56,279 bases of DNA, taken from the IMG/VR virus record IMGVR_UViG_3300027365_000016, positions 1 to 56,279 of that record. One strand, 5' to 3'. Position numbers and translations under genes: made by a program. The stretch's first letter is position 1; each line of letters starts with the position of its first letter. Positions 28,327 to 38,692 of this stretch are shown here, in pieces. Source of the stretch: a virus (lineage: Duplodnaviria > Caudoviricetes). The notes under the pieces are model-generated. The model saw only the letters and a program-made list of their open reading frames with translations, did no database searches and was not told the DNA's origin.

Positions 28327-28809
28327 ATGGCACTGAAAGATTGGTCGCTGCCGACCTCTTCTTTCCCGCTTCCGGGCGGCGGCGAGATCGCCGTCCGGGG
28401 CGTGTCTGCAGAGCAGGTAGCCGCGCTGGTCCGCGAGGACCGGGACACCCTGCGGGCGATCTACGCGCAGGTCACCGACCGCGACGATGTCCAGCAGGTC
28501 GCCCAGGCGGTCGAGACCGGCGAGGAGACCCCGGACGTGGCGGGTCTCGATATGCCGGATGTCGCCAACGAACTGTTGAACACGGCGCCGCAACTGGTGG
28601 CGAAGGTCATCGCCTGGGCTGCCGGTGAACCCGACCAGGTAGAAGCGGCTCGGCAGATTCCGATGCCCAGCCAGCTTGAGATCCTGGTCGAGATCGGCCG
28701 GCTGACCTTCGAGACGACCTCGCCGGGAAAGTTTCTCGAGGCCGTCATCGCGATCGCGAGAGCCGGGAACGCCGGCCTGGCGAGCGCCAGGCAGATTCAG
28801 CACGGATAG
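28327..28809 (+). CDS. tail assembly chaperone (gpG-like)
   Basis: VRGVS motif; lies between tube and TMP; contains the slippery site. Confidence 0.85.
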   Translation: MALKDWSLPTSSFPLPGGGEIAVRGVSAEQVAALVREDRDTLRAIYAQVTDRDDVQQVAQAVETGEETPDVAGLDMPDVANELLNTAPQLVAKVIAWAAGEPDQVEAARQIPMPSQLEILVEIGRLTFETTSPGKFLEAVIAIARAGNAGLASARQIQHG

Positions 28810-29057
28810 GGCTGGACGAATGGCTCTGGGGGCTGCGCAAGCAAGTCAGCCTGCTTCGCTCGCAGGGCCATCCCGACGCCGGCGACTACCCGGTCGCCAA
28901 AGTCTGGGAGGAATGCGCGATCGTCGCGCAGCGACAAAACCAGATGCTGGCCACGGGCGTCGGGCTTCTGCAGATGACGGTCGGATCTCTGCTTAGCAAG
29001 GAGGCCAGCAAGCAACTGAAAGAAACGATCGAGGGCCTGACGGATGGCGAAGTCTAA
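28725..29057 (+). CDS. -1 frameshift extension of the tail chaperone (gpGT-like)
   Basis: G GGA AAG at 28725-28731; -1 frame open to TAA 29057 (LRKQVSLLRSQGHPDAGDYP). Confidence 0.85.
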   Translation, partial: GKVSRGRHRDRESRERRPGERQADSARIGLDEWLWGLRKQVSLLRSQGHPDAGDYPVAKVWEECAIVAQRQNQMLATGVGLLQMTVGSLLSKEASKQLKETIEGLTDGEV

Positions 29058-32000
29058 CGTAGAACTGGTGATCCGGGCTCGCAACGAAGCGAGCAAAGCC
29101 CTCCGCTCGATCTCAGATGCCATCAAGGATGTCACCAAGGACCAGAAGACCCTCGCCGGCCAGGCAGGGTCCACCGAATCCCGCCTCGGGGAACTCGGCC
29201 GAGAACTCGGCAGTCTCGACGAACGGCTGAAATCCCTGCGCTCCGCCGGCCGCCTGGCCGGCGATCTCGACAAGACCACCACGGCACTCAACCGCCAGAA
29301 GGCCGCGACCCAGCAGGCCCAGCTTCGCTATACCGAACTGGCCAAAACGGTCAGCGATACCGAGCGCCCGACCAAGCGCCTGCAGAACCAGTTGGCGGCC
29401 GCCGAGCGCCGCCTGGCCTCCAACCGAGAGAAGACGGCAGCCCTCGAGCAGACGGTTGCCGGTCTTGCCCAGCAGTACGACGCAGCCCGCGCGGATCTCG
29501 GCGGAATGGTCGCCAGCGAGGACGACCTGGCGCGCAGTACCGCCCGCGCAGCGGCCGAGTTCACCGCGCTGCAGACCCAGATCCGCGAACTTCGCAAGGT
29601 CTCCAAGGGGGCGGCAGCCGCCGACCTGTCCGGGCTCGACGTACCGGGGCTGGCCCGTGCCGGGGAGGCGATCAGCAGCGTCGGCCGCCGGGTGCGCGAG
29701 GCCGGCAACGCGGCCGACCTGACGGCCGTGGACCTCAAGACGCTGTCTGCCGAGGTCGACCAACTCGAAGGCGTGGCCAAGGACATTGGCGAACTGCGCC
29801 AGATGGCCGCGACCTTCGCCGAGATGCGCCGCGAGTCGCTGGAGACCCGGCGGGTCTGGAAGGAACTCGAGGGCCAGACAAAGGCGCTCGCCCAGGAATT
29901 CGCAGCCGCCGACCAGCCCAGCCAGGAGCTCGCCCAGCGTCTCGGCGAGGCCCGTGCCGCTTCCCGGCAGGCCAAGTCCACCTACGAGCAGACCCGGGCC
30001 AGCGTGAAGCAGTTCGGCGACGTCCTGCGCGCGGCGGGGGTCGACGTTTCCGACATGGCCGCCGCCCAGAAGACGCTCGACGCCCAACTCGAGACTACCG
30101 CTCAGGTAATGGCGCGCAGCCGGGTCGAACTCGACCGGCTCAGCGACGAGCAGGCGTCACTTGCGAAGGCTCAGGGCGAGGCCGCCGCCGCCTCCGAGAA
30201 GGAGCAGGAGGCCCGCCAGGAAGCGCTCAAGGCCGGCTCCCGGGCGCTGCGGGTCTACCGCCAGACAAAGGGGGCGGTGGAAGAAGCGCGCACCGCCTAC
30301 GAGGACGCGACGAAACAGGTCACCCGGATCGCCACGGCAATGCGCGAGGCCGATCAGCCGACCGCCGCGATGACCCGCGAGTTCGAGAAGGCCAAGAAGC
30401 GCGCCGGCGAACTCAAGGACAATTTCCGCGCGGTGCAGCAGGCATCCGGGCTGCTCGCCCGTACCCTGCGCGAGAACAAGGATGACGCGGAGGCGCTGGT
30501 TGCCAGTCAGCAGCAACTCGAGACGGCCCTCGACCGCAGCGCCTCGCGGCTGAACAAGGCCGGCACCGAAGCCAGCGCGGCCGAGCAACGCCTCCAGGAG
30601 TTTCGCGACGAGACGGAGCGGGCACGCAAGGCGGCGACCGAACTGGGGCAGGGCGCCGAGGCCGCCGGGCAGGGCGTCGACCGGTTCGCCGAGCAGGCGC
30701 GTCAGGCCGAGGCGGCGATGCGGGCCTTCCGCGACCAGGGGCGCACCACGCTGTCGTTGCTACAGCGCATGCGCGGCCAGGTTCTGGCTCTGGCATCGGC
30801 CTACGTGGGTCTTTACGGCGTGGGTTCCGGGGTGGCCAGCGTGGCGGATGCCCAGATCGGCCTCGAGGCGACTCAGTCGCGGCTCCGGGTGGCGGTCGGC
30901 GACGATCCGGAGAAGGTCGCCGAGGAACTGAAATTCGTCCGCCAGGTCGCCGACGAGTTGAAACTCGAGTTCCGCGGCCTCTCCGAGGAGTACAGTAAGT
31001 TCGCCGCCGCCTCGCGCGGGGCCGGGGCCTCCGCCGAGGAGACCCGGGCGATCTTCCTTGCGCTGGCCAAGGCCGGGCGTGTCAACAAGCTCTCGTCCGA
31101 CGAGATGCGCCGGGCGATCAACGCTGTTACGCAGATGATGTCGAAGGGCAAGATTTCCGCTGAGGAACTGCGTCAGCAGTTGGGCGAGGTTCTGCCGGGC
31201 GCCTTCGACATTTTCGCCAAGTCGATCGGCGTCACCGGCGGCGAGCTCGACAAGATGCTCAAGGAAGGCTCGGTGCGCGCCGACTCGCTGGTCTACTTCG
31301 CCCGCGAGCTCGAAAAGCGCTTCGGCGAGGCCTTGCCCGGTGCCGTCGAGTCGACCTCGGCGAAGATCGCCGAATTCCGCAATACCATCTACGACCTCAA
31401 GCTGATCATCGCGCAGTCCGGCTTCATCGACTCGCTGGGCGACTCCCTGGAGCGGGTGACCGAGGAACTGGCCAAGCCGGAAGCCCAGGAGGGCGCGCGC
31501 GAGCTCGGCCGGGCGATCGGTTCGCTGATCGAGTCGATGGTCGACATGCTCGACTACATGGACGAGCTCATTCTCGGCCTCAAGCTGCTCGCCGCGGCGC
31601 TGGGGGTGAAGTGGGGGCTCAACCTGGTCGCCGGGATTGCCGAGGCGATCCGGTCGCTGCGCAAGTTCCGGGCCGCGGCGGGGCTGGCCACGGTGGCCGT
31701 GCGCGGGTTATGGCAGGCGATCACCGGCATCGGGCTGCTGCTCGCAGGCTGGTCGATCGCCGAGTGGGCGGCCAAGGAGTTTCCGGCCTTCGGGCGCTAC
31801 TGGGCGGCCTTCAAGGCGACGCTGTTCACCGGCCTGCTCGATCTCAAGGCCAAGTTCCAGGTCACCGCGGTCGAGATCAAGGACGTCTTCTCGGGCAACA
31901 TCAAGGCGCTCGGCTCGATCATCCTCAAGGCGGTGGCAAGCTGGGCCGAGAGGCTGAGCAAGCTGTTCAGTTTCGTCGGCGCGGACAGCATCGCCGACGG

Positions 32001-33759
32001 CCTCAAAAGCCTCAGCAGCACGGTCGAGGAGTACGCGTTCGACGGCTTGAGCGACGCTGCGCAGAAGAAGGTCGCCGAGATCAAGGCGGAACTGGCCAAG
32101 GCCAAGAAGGAGCTCGACGACAAGTATTTCGCCGAGTTCCAGCAGCGCACCAAGGCCCTGACCGGGGGCAGCGGCACCGGGCCGAGCCTGACGCCGGCCG
32201 CCGTGAAAAGTGCGGGTCAGGTGACCGGCCTGACGGTCGAGGGGATCCTCGGCCACGAGATCAACCCCAGCGACTACAACTCGGGTGACGGCGACACCGA
32301 GCAGCAGGCCAAGGAGCGTGCCGACGCGGTGATCGCCGAGGCGAAGCGGGTGACGGCCGCGGTCAACGCGGAACTCGAACGCCAGAAGGCCGAACTCGAG
32401 CGGACCTACGACGATTCGCTGATCACGGTGCAGGAGTATTACGACGAGCGCACCCGGATCGCCAAGGAGAAGATCGACGCTGAGATCCGCCAGCTTCGCA
32501 CGCAGATGGCGGAGTTGCAGCGCGCCGACCCCGCAGCCACCAACGACAGCCAGATCCGTCGCCAGTCCCAGATCGCCGACATCCAGGCCCGGATCGTTCA
32601 GCTTACCCGGGACAAGGCCGAGGCCGAGAAGCAGTTCGCCCACATGGCGCAACAGGCCCGAGCCGACCTGCTCGACCAGGCCCGGCGCCTACGCAATCAG
32701 GTGCTGATCGAGCAGGGCAACGAACTGCAGGCGCAGTTGAACCGCAACCAGGATCAGTACGAAAAGCTGATCAAGGCCGCGGAGAAGCTGTCGGGCGTCG
32801 AAGGCGAGCGGATGCGCAAGAACGCTGAAATCTGGAAGAGCCTGTCAGACCAGAGTGCGGCGATCACTGCGGCCCGGCGCCATGCCGACGACGTGGCCCG
32901 CGCGGCCCAGGCGGCGTCGGCGATCATGGATGCGATGCTGGAAGCCGGCAAGACCGCGGGCGACATCACCGACCTCGAGGCCCTGCGTATCGAGGGGCAT
33001 ATCAACGAGGAGAAGATTCGCGAACTGGAGAAGGTCAAGCAGGCCTATGCGGGCGCCGGCAAGGAAGGGGCGGCGGCGGCGATGCGTGTCCAGGCGCAGA
33101 TCATCAAGCTCAAGGCCGAACTGGACCCGCTCGCCAACAAGATCCGCGGCATCTTCGAGGACCAGTTCACGACGATGTTCAAGGAACTGGGCCAGGCCAT
33201 CGCCAATGGCGAGTCCTCGCTCAAGGACGTCTTCCGCAACCTCGGCGCCAATCTGGCCGGCGAGTTCGCCGACATGTTCGCCAAGGAAGCCAGCCAGCAA
33301 CTCATGAAGGCCTTCAAGGAAGCCGGGCTGTTCGACTTCCTGAGCGGTCTGATCATCAACAAGGACTGGGGTACCAAGATCGCCAAGGTCGGCGCCAGTG
33401 TATTCAGTTCGTTGGCCTACCACGACGGCGGGATTGCCGGTAGCCCCGGCCAGGGCCAGCGTCGGATGGTCTCGCCGTCATGGTTCTCCAACGCCGTGCG
33501 CTATCACGAGGGCGGCATCGCTGGCCTGCGCCCCGGCGAGGTCCCGGCAATCCTCGAACGTGGCGAGGAGGTACTGACCAAGGATAACCCTCGTCATTCA
33601 ACTAACGGTGGCGGAGGCAACCAGGGGGCCATTAAGATAGTCAACACCTTCGACGCCGGCGAGATGGTGTCGGCAGGACTGAACACCTCGGCCGGCGAGA
33701 AGGTGATCATGAACTTCATGTCGCGCAACCGGCAGAAGATCAAGCGGACACTGGGGTAA
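29044..33759 (+). CDS. tape measure protein (1571 aa)
   Basis: Ala-rich helical sequence, QMMSKGKISAEELRQQLGE, C-terminal YHEGG..GEVPAILERGE. Confidence 0.95.
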   Translation: MAKSNVELVIRARNEASKALRSISDAIKDVTKDQKTLAGQAGSTESRLGELGRELGSLDERLKSLRSAGRLAGDLDKTTTALNRQKAATQQAQLRYTELAKTVSDTERPTKRLQNQLAAAERRLASNREKTAALEQTVAGLAQQYDAARADLGGMVASEDDLARSTARAAAEFTALQTQIRELRKVSKGAAAADLSGLDVPGLARAGEAISSVGRRVREAGNAADLTAVDLKTLSAEVDQLEGVAKDIGELRQMAATFAEMRRESLETRRVWKELEGQTKALAQEFAAADQPSQELAQRLGEARAASRQAKSTYEQTRASVKQFGDVLRAAGVDVSDMAAAQKTLDAQLETTAQVMARSRVELDRLSDEQASLAKAQGEAAAASEKEQEARQEALKAGSRALRVYRQTKGAVEEARTAYEDATKQVTRIATAMREADQPTAAMTREFEKAKKRAGELKDNFRAVQQASGLLARTLRENKDDAEALVASQQQLETALDRSASRLNKAGTEASAAEQRLQEFRDETERARKAATELGQGAEAAGQGVDRFAEQARQAEAAMRAFRDQGRTTLSLLQRMRGQVLALASAYVGLYGVGSGVASVADAQIGLEATQSRLRVAVGDDPEKVAEELKFVRQVADELKLEFRGLSEEYSKFAAASRGAGASAEETRAIFLALAKAGRVNKLSSDEMRRAINAVTQMMSKGKISAEELRQQLGEVLPGAFDIFAKSIGVTGGELDKMLKEGSVRADSLVYFARELEKRFGEALPGAVESTSAKIAEFRNTIYDLKLIIAQSGFIDSLGDSLERVTEELAKPEAQEGARELGRAIGSLIESMVDMLDYMDELILGLKLLAAALGVKWGLNLVAGIAEAIRSLRKFRAAAGLATVAVRGLWQAITGIGLLLAGWSIAEWAAKEFPAFGRYWAAFKATLFTGLLDLKAKFQVTAVEIKDVFSGNIKALGSIILKAVASWAERLSKLFSFVGADSIADGLKSLSSTVEEYAFDGLSDAAQKKVAEIKAELAKAKKELDDKYFAEFQQRTKALTGGSGTGPSLTPAAVKSAGQVTGLTVEGILGHEINPSDYNSGDGDTEQQAKERADAVIAEAKRVTAAVNAELERQKAELERTYDDSLITVQEYYDERTRIAKEKIDAEIRQLRTQMAELQRADPAATNDSQIRRQSQIADIQARIVQLTRDKAEAEKQFAHMAQQARADLLDQARRLRNQVLIEQGNELQAQLNRNQDQYEKLIKAAEKLSGVEGERMRKNAEIWKSLSDQSAAITAARRHADDVARAAQAASAIMDAMLEAGKTAGDITDLEALRIEGHINEEKIRELEKVKQAYAGAGKEGAAAAMRVQAQIIKLKAELDPLANKIRGIFEDQFTTMFKELGQAIANGESSLKDVFRNLGANLAGEFADMFAKEASQQLMKAFKEAGLFDFLSGLIINKDWGTKIAKVGASVFSSLAYHDGGIAGSPGQGQRRMVSPSWFSNAVRYHEGGIAGLRPGEVPAILERGEEVLTKDNPRHSTNGGGGNQGAIKIVNTFDAGEMVSAGLNTSAGEKVIMNFMSRNRQKIKRTLG

Positions 33760-33764
33760 CGGGC

Positions 33765-34730
33765 ATGGCCTACGAGAAAGGGACGGCGTCGGGTTACGTC
33801 GACTTCTACAACAAGCTCTACAGCTTCCTCACCAGCAACGCCGACCTGGTGGCCGCCGATCAGCACTGGAGTCTCGCCTGGGGGACGGCACCGCCGCTCT
33901 CCGGGACGCCCAGCGGGCAGGAGACCGATCTGGTACTGCGCGGGCCGGGGCTGGCGGGCAATGACGCCGTCTTCGTGGCGATGCGGCTTTTCCGGGACGC
34001 CGACGACGACGTTCACGGCATCTACATGCGCAGTTGCGATTCGGTATTGCCGTCCGCAGCCGCCTATGACGAGCATGTCAACGCGTCATCGTGGGTCTGG
34101 ACGCCACTTTTCGACGACACCATGACCTACTGGTTCATCGCCAACGGTCGGCGCTTCATCGCGGTGGCCAAGCTGTCGACGGTTTACGAGGCGATGTACG
34201 GCGGGCTGTTCAAGCCGTTCTCGCCGCCCTCGGGGTACCCTTACCCGGTCTGCGTGGGCGGCTCCAGCGCCACCTTCCTGCGCTACTCGATCGCCGACTA
34301 CCGGCACACGCACTTCGTTGACCCGGGACCTCGTGACGGCACCGCGGACGACGCCTCCAGCACCAACTCCACCGGCGGCGAGTCGTTGATCGTTCGCGAG
34401 CCCGGCGGAGCCTGGCAGAAGTTCACCAATCTCGACGGGCAAGGCACGGGCAAGACCTATCCCTGGGCTACCGCCAACTTCACCAGTGACAACTTCCTCG
34501 AGCGCTGCACGCCCTTGCTGGGCGGGGGGTATCTACTGACGCCGGTGACGCTGACCATCGACGTCGACTCGGTGCGCGGGGCGCTGGGCGTGCTGGACGG
34601 AGTCTACCATGTCGCCGGCTACGGCAACGCTGCCGAAAACATCATCACCCTTAACGGCCAGGACTACCTCGTGGTGCAGAACGTCTATCGTACCGACCTC
34701 GAGGGTTACTGGGCCTTGAAGCTGGAGTAA
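33765..34730 (+). CDS. virion structural/baseplate protein
   Basis: First post-TMP gene; YWFIANGRRFI, YPYP, GVLDGV, YLVVQNVYRT. Confidence 0.75.
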   Translation: MAYEKGTASGYVDFYNKLYSFLTSNADLVAADQHWSLAWGTAPPLSGTPSGQETDLVLRGPGLAGNDAVFVAMRLFRDADDDVHGIYMRSCDSVLPSAAAYDEHVNASSWVWTPLFDDTMTYWFIANGRRFIAVAKLSTVYEAMYGGLFKPFSPPSGYPYPVCVGGSSATFLRYSIADYRHTHFVDPGPRDGTADDASSTNSTGGESLIVREPGGAWQKFTNLDGQGTGKTYPWATANFTSDNFLERCTPLLGGGYLLTPVTLTIDVDSVRGALGVLDGVYHVAGYGNAAENIITLNGQDYLVVQNVYRTDLEGYWALKLE

Positions 34731-34736
34731 CCGCCC

Positions 34737-35690
34737 ATGGCCTATACTTCGTTCTCGCCCTCCGGTTTCGCCGAGACGCTGTCGCAGATCGCCGCCTTTC
34801 TGTCATCGGATATGGGCTGGTCAGCCAGCTACGACAGCGGTGCGGAGCAGGCGACCATCGTGCCGAAGGCCAACGAGGCGACCTTCGTACTGGGGTATTA
34901 TTACGACGACGAGTACACGGGGAACTGGATCACCTGCCAGGTCTCCAAGGGCGGCAACGTCTTCACCGCCAACGTCAACATGATGCCGGCAGTGTCGAAG
35001 GTGTGGATCTTCGCCGGAAGCACGCCGGAGCCCTGGTGCCATGTCGTTATTCGCTCTGCGCCCGGTGACTACCACCACCTCTATTTCGGCTATCTCGAGC
35101 GCTACGGCGCCTGGTCCTGCGGTGCGGTGGCCGACGGCACGCTCTGGGACTCGAGTTATCGTTATCGGGAAAGCGCATTCCACGTCCACAACCACATGCT
35201 GTTCAGCGGGGAGAGCTACTGGGCGTTCAGCACTGCTGCCGAGAAGATGGGAGGGGTGCTGCTCGAAGGAGTCAATGTCTCGAAGGGCATCGCCCGGTTC
35301 GCGAGAGCGACCGGCAGCTATTCGATCTCCAGTTACCCGGATGACGCGTCCGCATACGCTGCCGCCTACGGGGGGTTCAAGGACCACGCCAACGGCGGGC
35401 TGGTCAGCCAGGGCACCCCTTTGCACAACGGCATCACGCCGATGACGCCGATCCTGCTGACGGCGGACTTCGACCTTAACGGGAACCGGACACCGATCGG
35501 GTCCCCGCCCGGGGTCCGCATGGTCAACATCACCGACTACAACCCCGAGGACGTGGTGACCTTCGGCGCGGACCAGTACCAGCTATTCCCGCTGGCCAAC
35601 AAGACTCGGCCTTTGAATCTCTACGATGACCTTCCGACGGGGGTGATCGGCGGCTCGTCTTGGATGGGCGTCGCCGTGAAGCGGGTGTGA
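34737..35690 (+). CDS. virion structural protein (paralog-like of the preceding gene)
   Basis: YHHLYFG, aromatic-rich; synteny. Confidence 0.7.
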   Translation: MAYTSFSPSGFAETLSQIAAFLSSDMGWSASYDSGAEQATIVPKANEATFVLGYYYDDEYTGNWITCQVSKGGNVFTANVNMMPAVSKVWIFAGSTPEPWCHVVIRSAPGDYHHLYFGYLERYGAWSCGAVADGTLWDSSYRYRESAFHVHNHMLFSGESYWAFSTAAEKMGGVLLEGVNVSKGIARFARATGSYSISSYPDDASAYAAAYGGFKDHANGGLVSQGTPLHNGITPMTPILLTADFDLNGNRTPIGSPPGVRMVNITDYNPEDVVTFGADQYQLFPLANKTRPLNLYDDLPTGVIGGSSWMGVAVKRV

Positions 35691-35691
35691 C

Positions 35692-37386
35692 ATGGCGATG
35701 ATCATGGAGCCGTGGGTCGAGTGGTCGGCCGAATCCGTTCAGGGCGGCGATTCGCTGCCGGTGCCCGTGCCGGGGGCCGTCAGCCCTTATGCGATCGACC
35801 CGGCCTTGCCGGCATCAGGGTTCGGCGACAGACTGCCGGTGCCAGTGCGGCCGCAGGCCCGGGTAGCCGGCACGACCGGCGCCTCGCCGCTCGACGATAT
35901 TTACGACACGCTCTGGGTCGTGCCCGGCGAGATCAACGTCGGCAGCCTGACCGCGACGGTGAGTCGCGAGGTGGAGGTCTGGAACGCCTACCCGGGAGCG
36001 GACAAGACTCTCTCGGCGATCAGCGTGTCCGGCGGCGAAGGCATCAACGTCACCGGGCCGGCGGCCCCCCACACCTTCGCCCCCCTGGAGAGCCAGGTCT
36101 TTGCCGTCGAGGTGACCCCGGCCGGGCCGGCGACCATCGACGCGCGTTACGACCTGACCTTCGACGGCGTGACGAATGTGCCGTTCTGGACGGTGGTCGG
36201 CCGGCGCATCATCGAGTGGGATGTCCCGCCCAACTGGGCGGCCGGCTACAACGAGACCCTGTCTTTCAAGACCGAGGTGCTGACCGCCTTCGACGGCACG
36301 GAGCAACGCCTCGCTCTGCGCCACCGGCCGCGTCGCGAGATCGAGTTCGAGCCGGTCTTCGCGGGGGACGCCGGCCGGCGGGCGAAGCGGCTGCTCGCCA
36401 CCTGGCAGAACCGCAACTTTGCCATGGCCGACTGGGCCCGCGGCGTACATTGCGCCGGGCTCCCGGCCGGTACCACCTCGGTAACGCTCGATGAGCCGAT
36501 CCCGGAGCTCGCGGTCGGCGACCTGATCGTCCTGCGCGGCGAGGGTGTCTCCCAGGCGATCGAGGTCGCGGCGATCGACGGGCTCGAGATAACGCTCAAC
36601 TCGCCGGTAGCGGCCAGCTTCCCGGTGGGCACGCGCGCCTATCCCGGCCTGGTCGTTCACGCCGCGGCGTCGCTGACCGATCGTCGGCTGACCTCGGATG
36701 CCGGCCGGACCAGCATGCAGTTCCGCCAGGCTTACGCGACCGGGAAGCTGGATGCCGGCAGCGCCGCGACGACCTGGCGAGGCCTCGAGGTATTCCTGGC
36801 TCGGGCCAACTGGGCGCAGAATGTCGAGCTCGATCACGTATTCAACTTCACCTGGCTGGACAACGAGCGGGGGCTGTTCGCCTTCCGGACGCCGGAAGAC
36901 TCGCCCAAGGACGTGCGCAAGATCACCGTGCTCAGCGCCTCGCGCGGCGAGGTCCGGGCACTGACGGACTTCTTTAAGCGTTGTCGGGGGCGCCGCGGCG
37001 AGTTCTACGCCCCGACCTGGGATCTCGACCTGCGGGTGCCCGACGGCGAGGTGCTGCTCTCCGGGGGATTCACGCTGCCGGTCAGCGACACCGGCGAGGT
37101 GGACCGGGTCGGGCAGGATCTCGTCTACCGCAACCTGTACGTGCGGCTTACCGATGGCACCGAGCTCTTCCGGCGGGTGACATCGGCGGACCTCGGCCCG
37201 GACGGCACGCCACGGCTGGCCCTCGACGCCGGCTGGCCGCGCAACGTCAAGGCTCACGAGGTCGCGTTGATCTGCTGGATGCCGCGCTGCCGGCTGGCCA
37301 GTGACCAACTGACCATCGAGTGGAAGACCGACGGGCTGGCGGAAGCCAGCATCGCCATGCAGACGCTGGAGGATCCCGACGAATGA
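35692..37386 (+). CDS. tail-tip structural protein (Ig-like N-terminus plus distal-tail-like region)
   Basis: VWNAY, PNW, EQRLALR..PRR, RGRRGEFY.P. Confidence 0.75.
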   Translation: MAMIMEPWVEWSAESVQGGDSLPVPVPGAVSPYAIDPALPASGFGDRLPVPVRPQARVAGTTGASPLDDIYDTLWVVPGEINVGSLTATVSREVEVWNAYPGADKTLSAISVSGGEGINVTGPAAPHTFAPLESQVFAVEVTPAGPATIDARYDLTFDGVTNVPFWTVVGRRIIEWDVPPNWAAGYNETLSFKTEVLTAFDGTEQRLALRHRPRREIEFEPVFAGDAGRRAKRLLATWQNRNFAMADWARGVHCAGLPAGTTSVTLDEPIPELAVGDLIVLRGEGVSQAIEVAAIDGLEITLNSPVAASFPVGTRAYPGLVVHAAASLTDRRLTSDAGRTSMQFRQAYATGKLDAGSAATTWRGLEVFLARANWAQNVELDHVFNFTWLDNERGLFAFRTPEDSPKDVRKITVLSASRGEVRALTDFFKRCRGRRGEFYAPTWDLDLRVPDGEVLLSGGFTLPVSDTGEVDRVGQDLVYRNLYVRLTDGTELFRRVTSADLGPDGTPRLALDAGWPRNVKAHEVALICWMPRCRLASDQLTIEWKTDGLAEASIAMQTLEDPDE

Positions 37387-38231
37387 CCAACAACGAGATC
37401 GAGATCAGCGACGCGCTCGGCGAGCCGATCGACCTTTATCAGTTCTCCTACGGGGCAGGGTCGGCGACCCGGCTGCTCTACTGCGACTCGGACTTCGAGA
37501 TCACCGTCGGCGCCGAGGTCTACTACCCCGGGTACATCGACCGGGACGCGATCAATACCTCGGGCAGCCTCGACAAGTCGGAGCTCGAGGTGACCGTGGC
37601 CGAGGACTCGCACATCGCCGAGTGGTTCCTGGTCTACCCGCCCTCCGAGGTGGTCGGACTGGTGATCTCGCGCTGTCACTATGACGATAGCACCGGCGAA
37701 GCGACAACTCCGCAGGTGATGTGGTCGGGACGGGTGCTGGCCTGCTCCCGCGAGGGCTACAACGCGAAGCTGCGTTGCGAGCCGGTGGCGACCTCGATGC
37801 GCCGCGTCGGCCTGAGACGGCACTACCAGTACATGTGTCCGCACGTCCTCTACGGCACCGACTGCCGGGCCAGTCGAGTCGCCAACACGACGGGCAATAC
37901 CGCTCGGGCCGTCGGCCCGCGCACGGTCAAGGTGGACGGCAACGTGGGCGATCAGTACCGCGGCGGCATGCTCTCCTGGACGCCTGTCGGCAAGCCCGTG
38001 GAGCGGCGCACCGTGCTCAACGTCAGCTACGACGACACCAGCAATCAGACCCTGCTGACCGTGGCCGGTAACCCGACGACGCTGAACCCGGGTGACTCGG
38101 TCGAACTGGCCAAGGGGTGCCGGCACACGCTCGACGATTGCCACGGGGTCTTCGACAACGCGGTGAATTTCGGCGGTATGCCGTACATCCCGACGCAAAA
38201 TCCGCATGGCACGACGTCGATCTATACCTGA
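37383..38231 (+). CDS. tail hub protein (DUF2163/BR0599, gpL-like)
   Basis: CPHVLYG..C, GC.HT..DC, NFGGMPYIP..NP. Confidence 0.85.
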   Translation: MTNNEIEISDALGEPIDLYQFSYGAGSATRLLYCDSDFEITVGAEVYYPGYIDRDAINTSGSLDKSELEVTVAEDSHIAEWFLVYPPSEVVGLVISRCHYDDSTGEATTPQVMWSGRVLACSREGYNAKLRCEPVATSMRRVGLRRHYQYMCPHVLYGTDCRASRVANTTGNTARAVGPRTVKVDGNVGDQYRGGMLSWTPVGKPVERRTVLNVSYDDTSNQTLLTVAGNPTTLNPGDSVELAKGCRHTLDDCHGVFDNAVNFGGMPYIPTQNPHGTTSIYT

Positions 38232-38273
38232 TAATGCAACCATAAGTTGCTTTTTCGACTGACGAGGTGAGCG

Positions 38274-38501
38274 ATGGGATTCTGGTTCGCGCTGGCGATG
38301 ACGCTGATCTTCAACGTGATCTCTTACATCCTGCGCCCCAAGCCGGATACCTCTGGGGACTGGCAGTCCCAGGACCTGCGGGCGCCGACCGCCGATGCCG
38401 GCAAGCCGGTACCGGTGGTGTTCGGCGAGATAACCGTCGTCTCGCCCAACGTGATGTTCTACGGCGACATCGACAAGGACGACTACGAGGTGGATGCATG
38501 A
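38274..38501 (+). CDS. small tail assembly protein
   Basis: PTADAGKPVPVVFG...PNV..YGD. Confidence 0.8.
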   Translation: MGFWFALAMTLIFNVISYILRPKPDTSGDWQSQDLRAPTADAGKPVPVVFGEITVVSPNVMFYGDIDKDDYEVDA

Positions 38502-38692
38502 CGGTGACCATCGACGATATTCGCCGATTCCACTGCACGCGCGGGATCCGGCGCTGGTTCGAGAGTCAGGGCCTGGACTTCCGGGCATTCCTGTGCAGCG
38601 GCATCGCCGCCGATCGGTTGCTCGCGACCGGGGACGCTCGGGCTAAGCAGGTGATCGACGCCAAACGGGCTGCGCAGGAGGCGGATCGGTGA
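38498..38692 (+). CDS. small tail assembly chaperone
   Basis: CTRGIRRWF...GLDFRAFL..GI....L.ATGDA. Confidence 0.8.
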   Translation: MTVTIDDIRRFHCTRGIRRWFESQGLDFRAFLCSGIAADRLLATGDARAKQVIDAKRAAQEADR

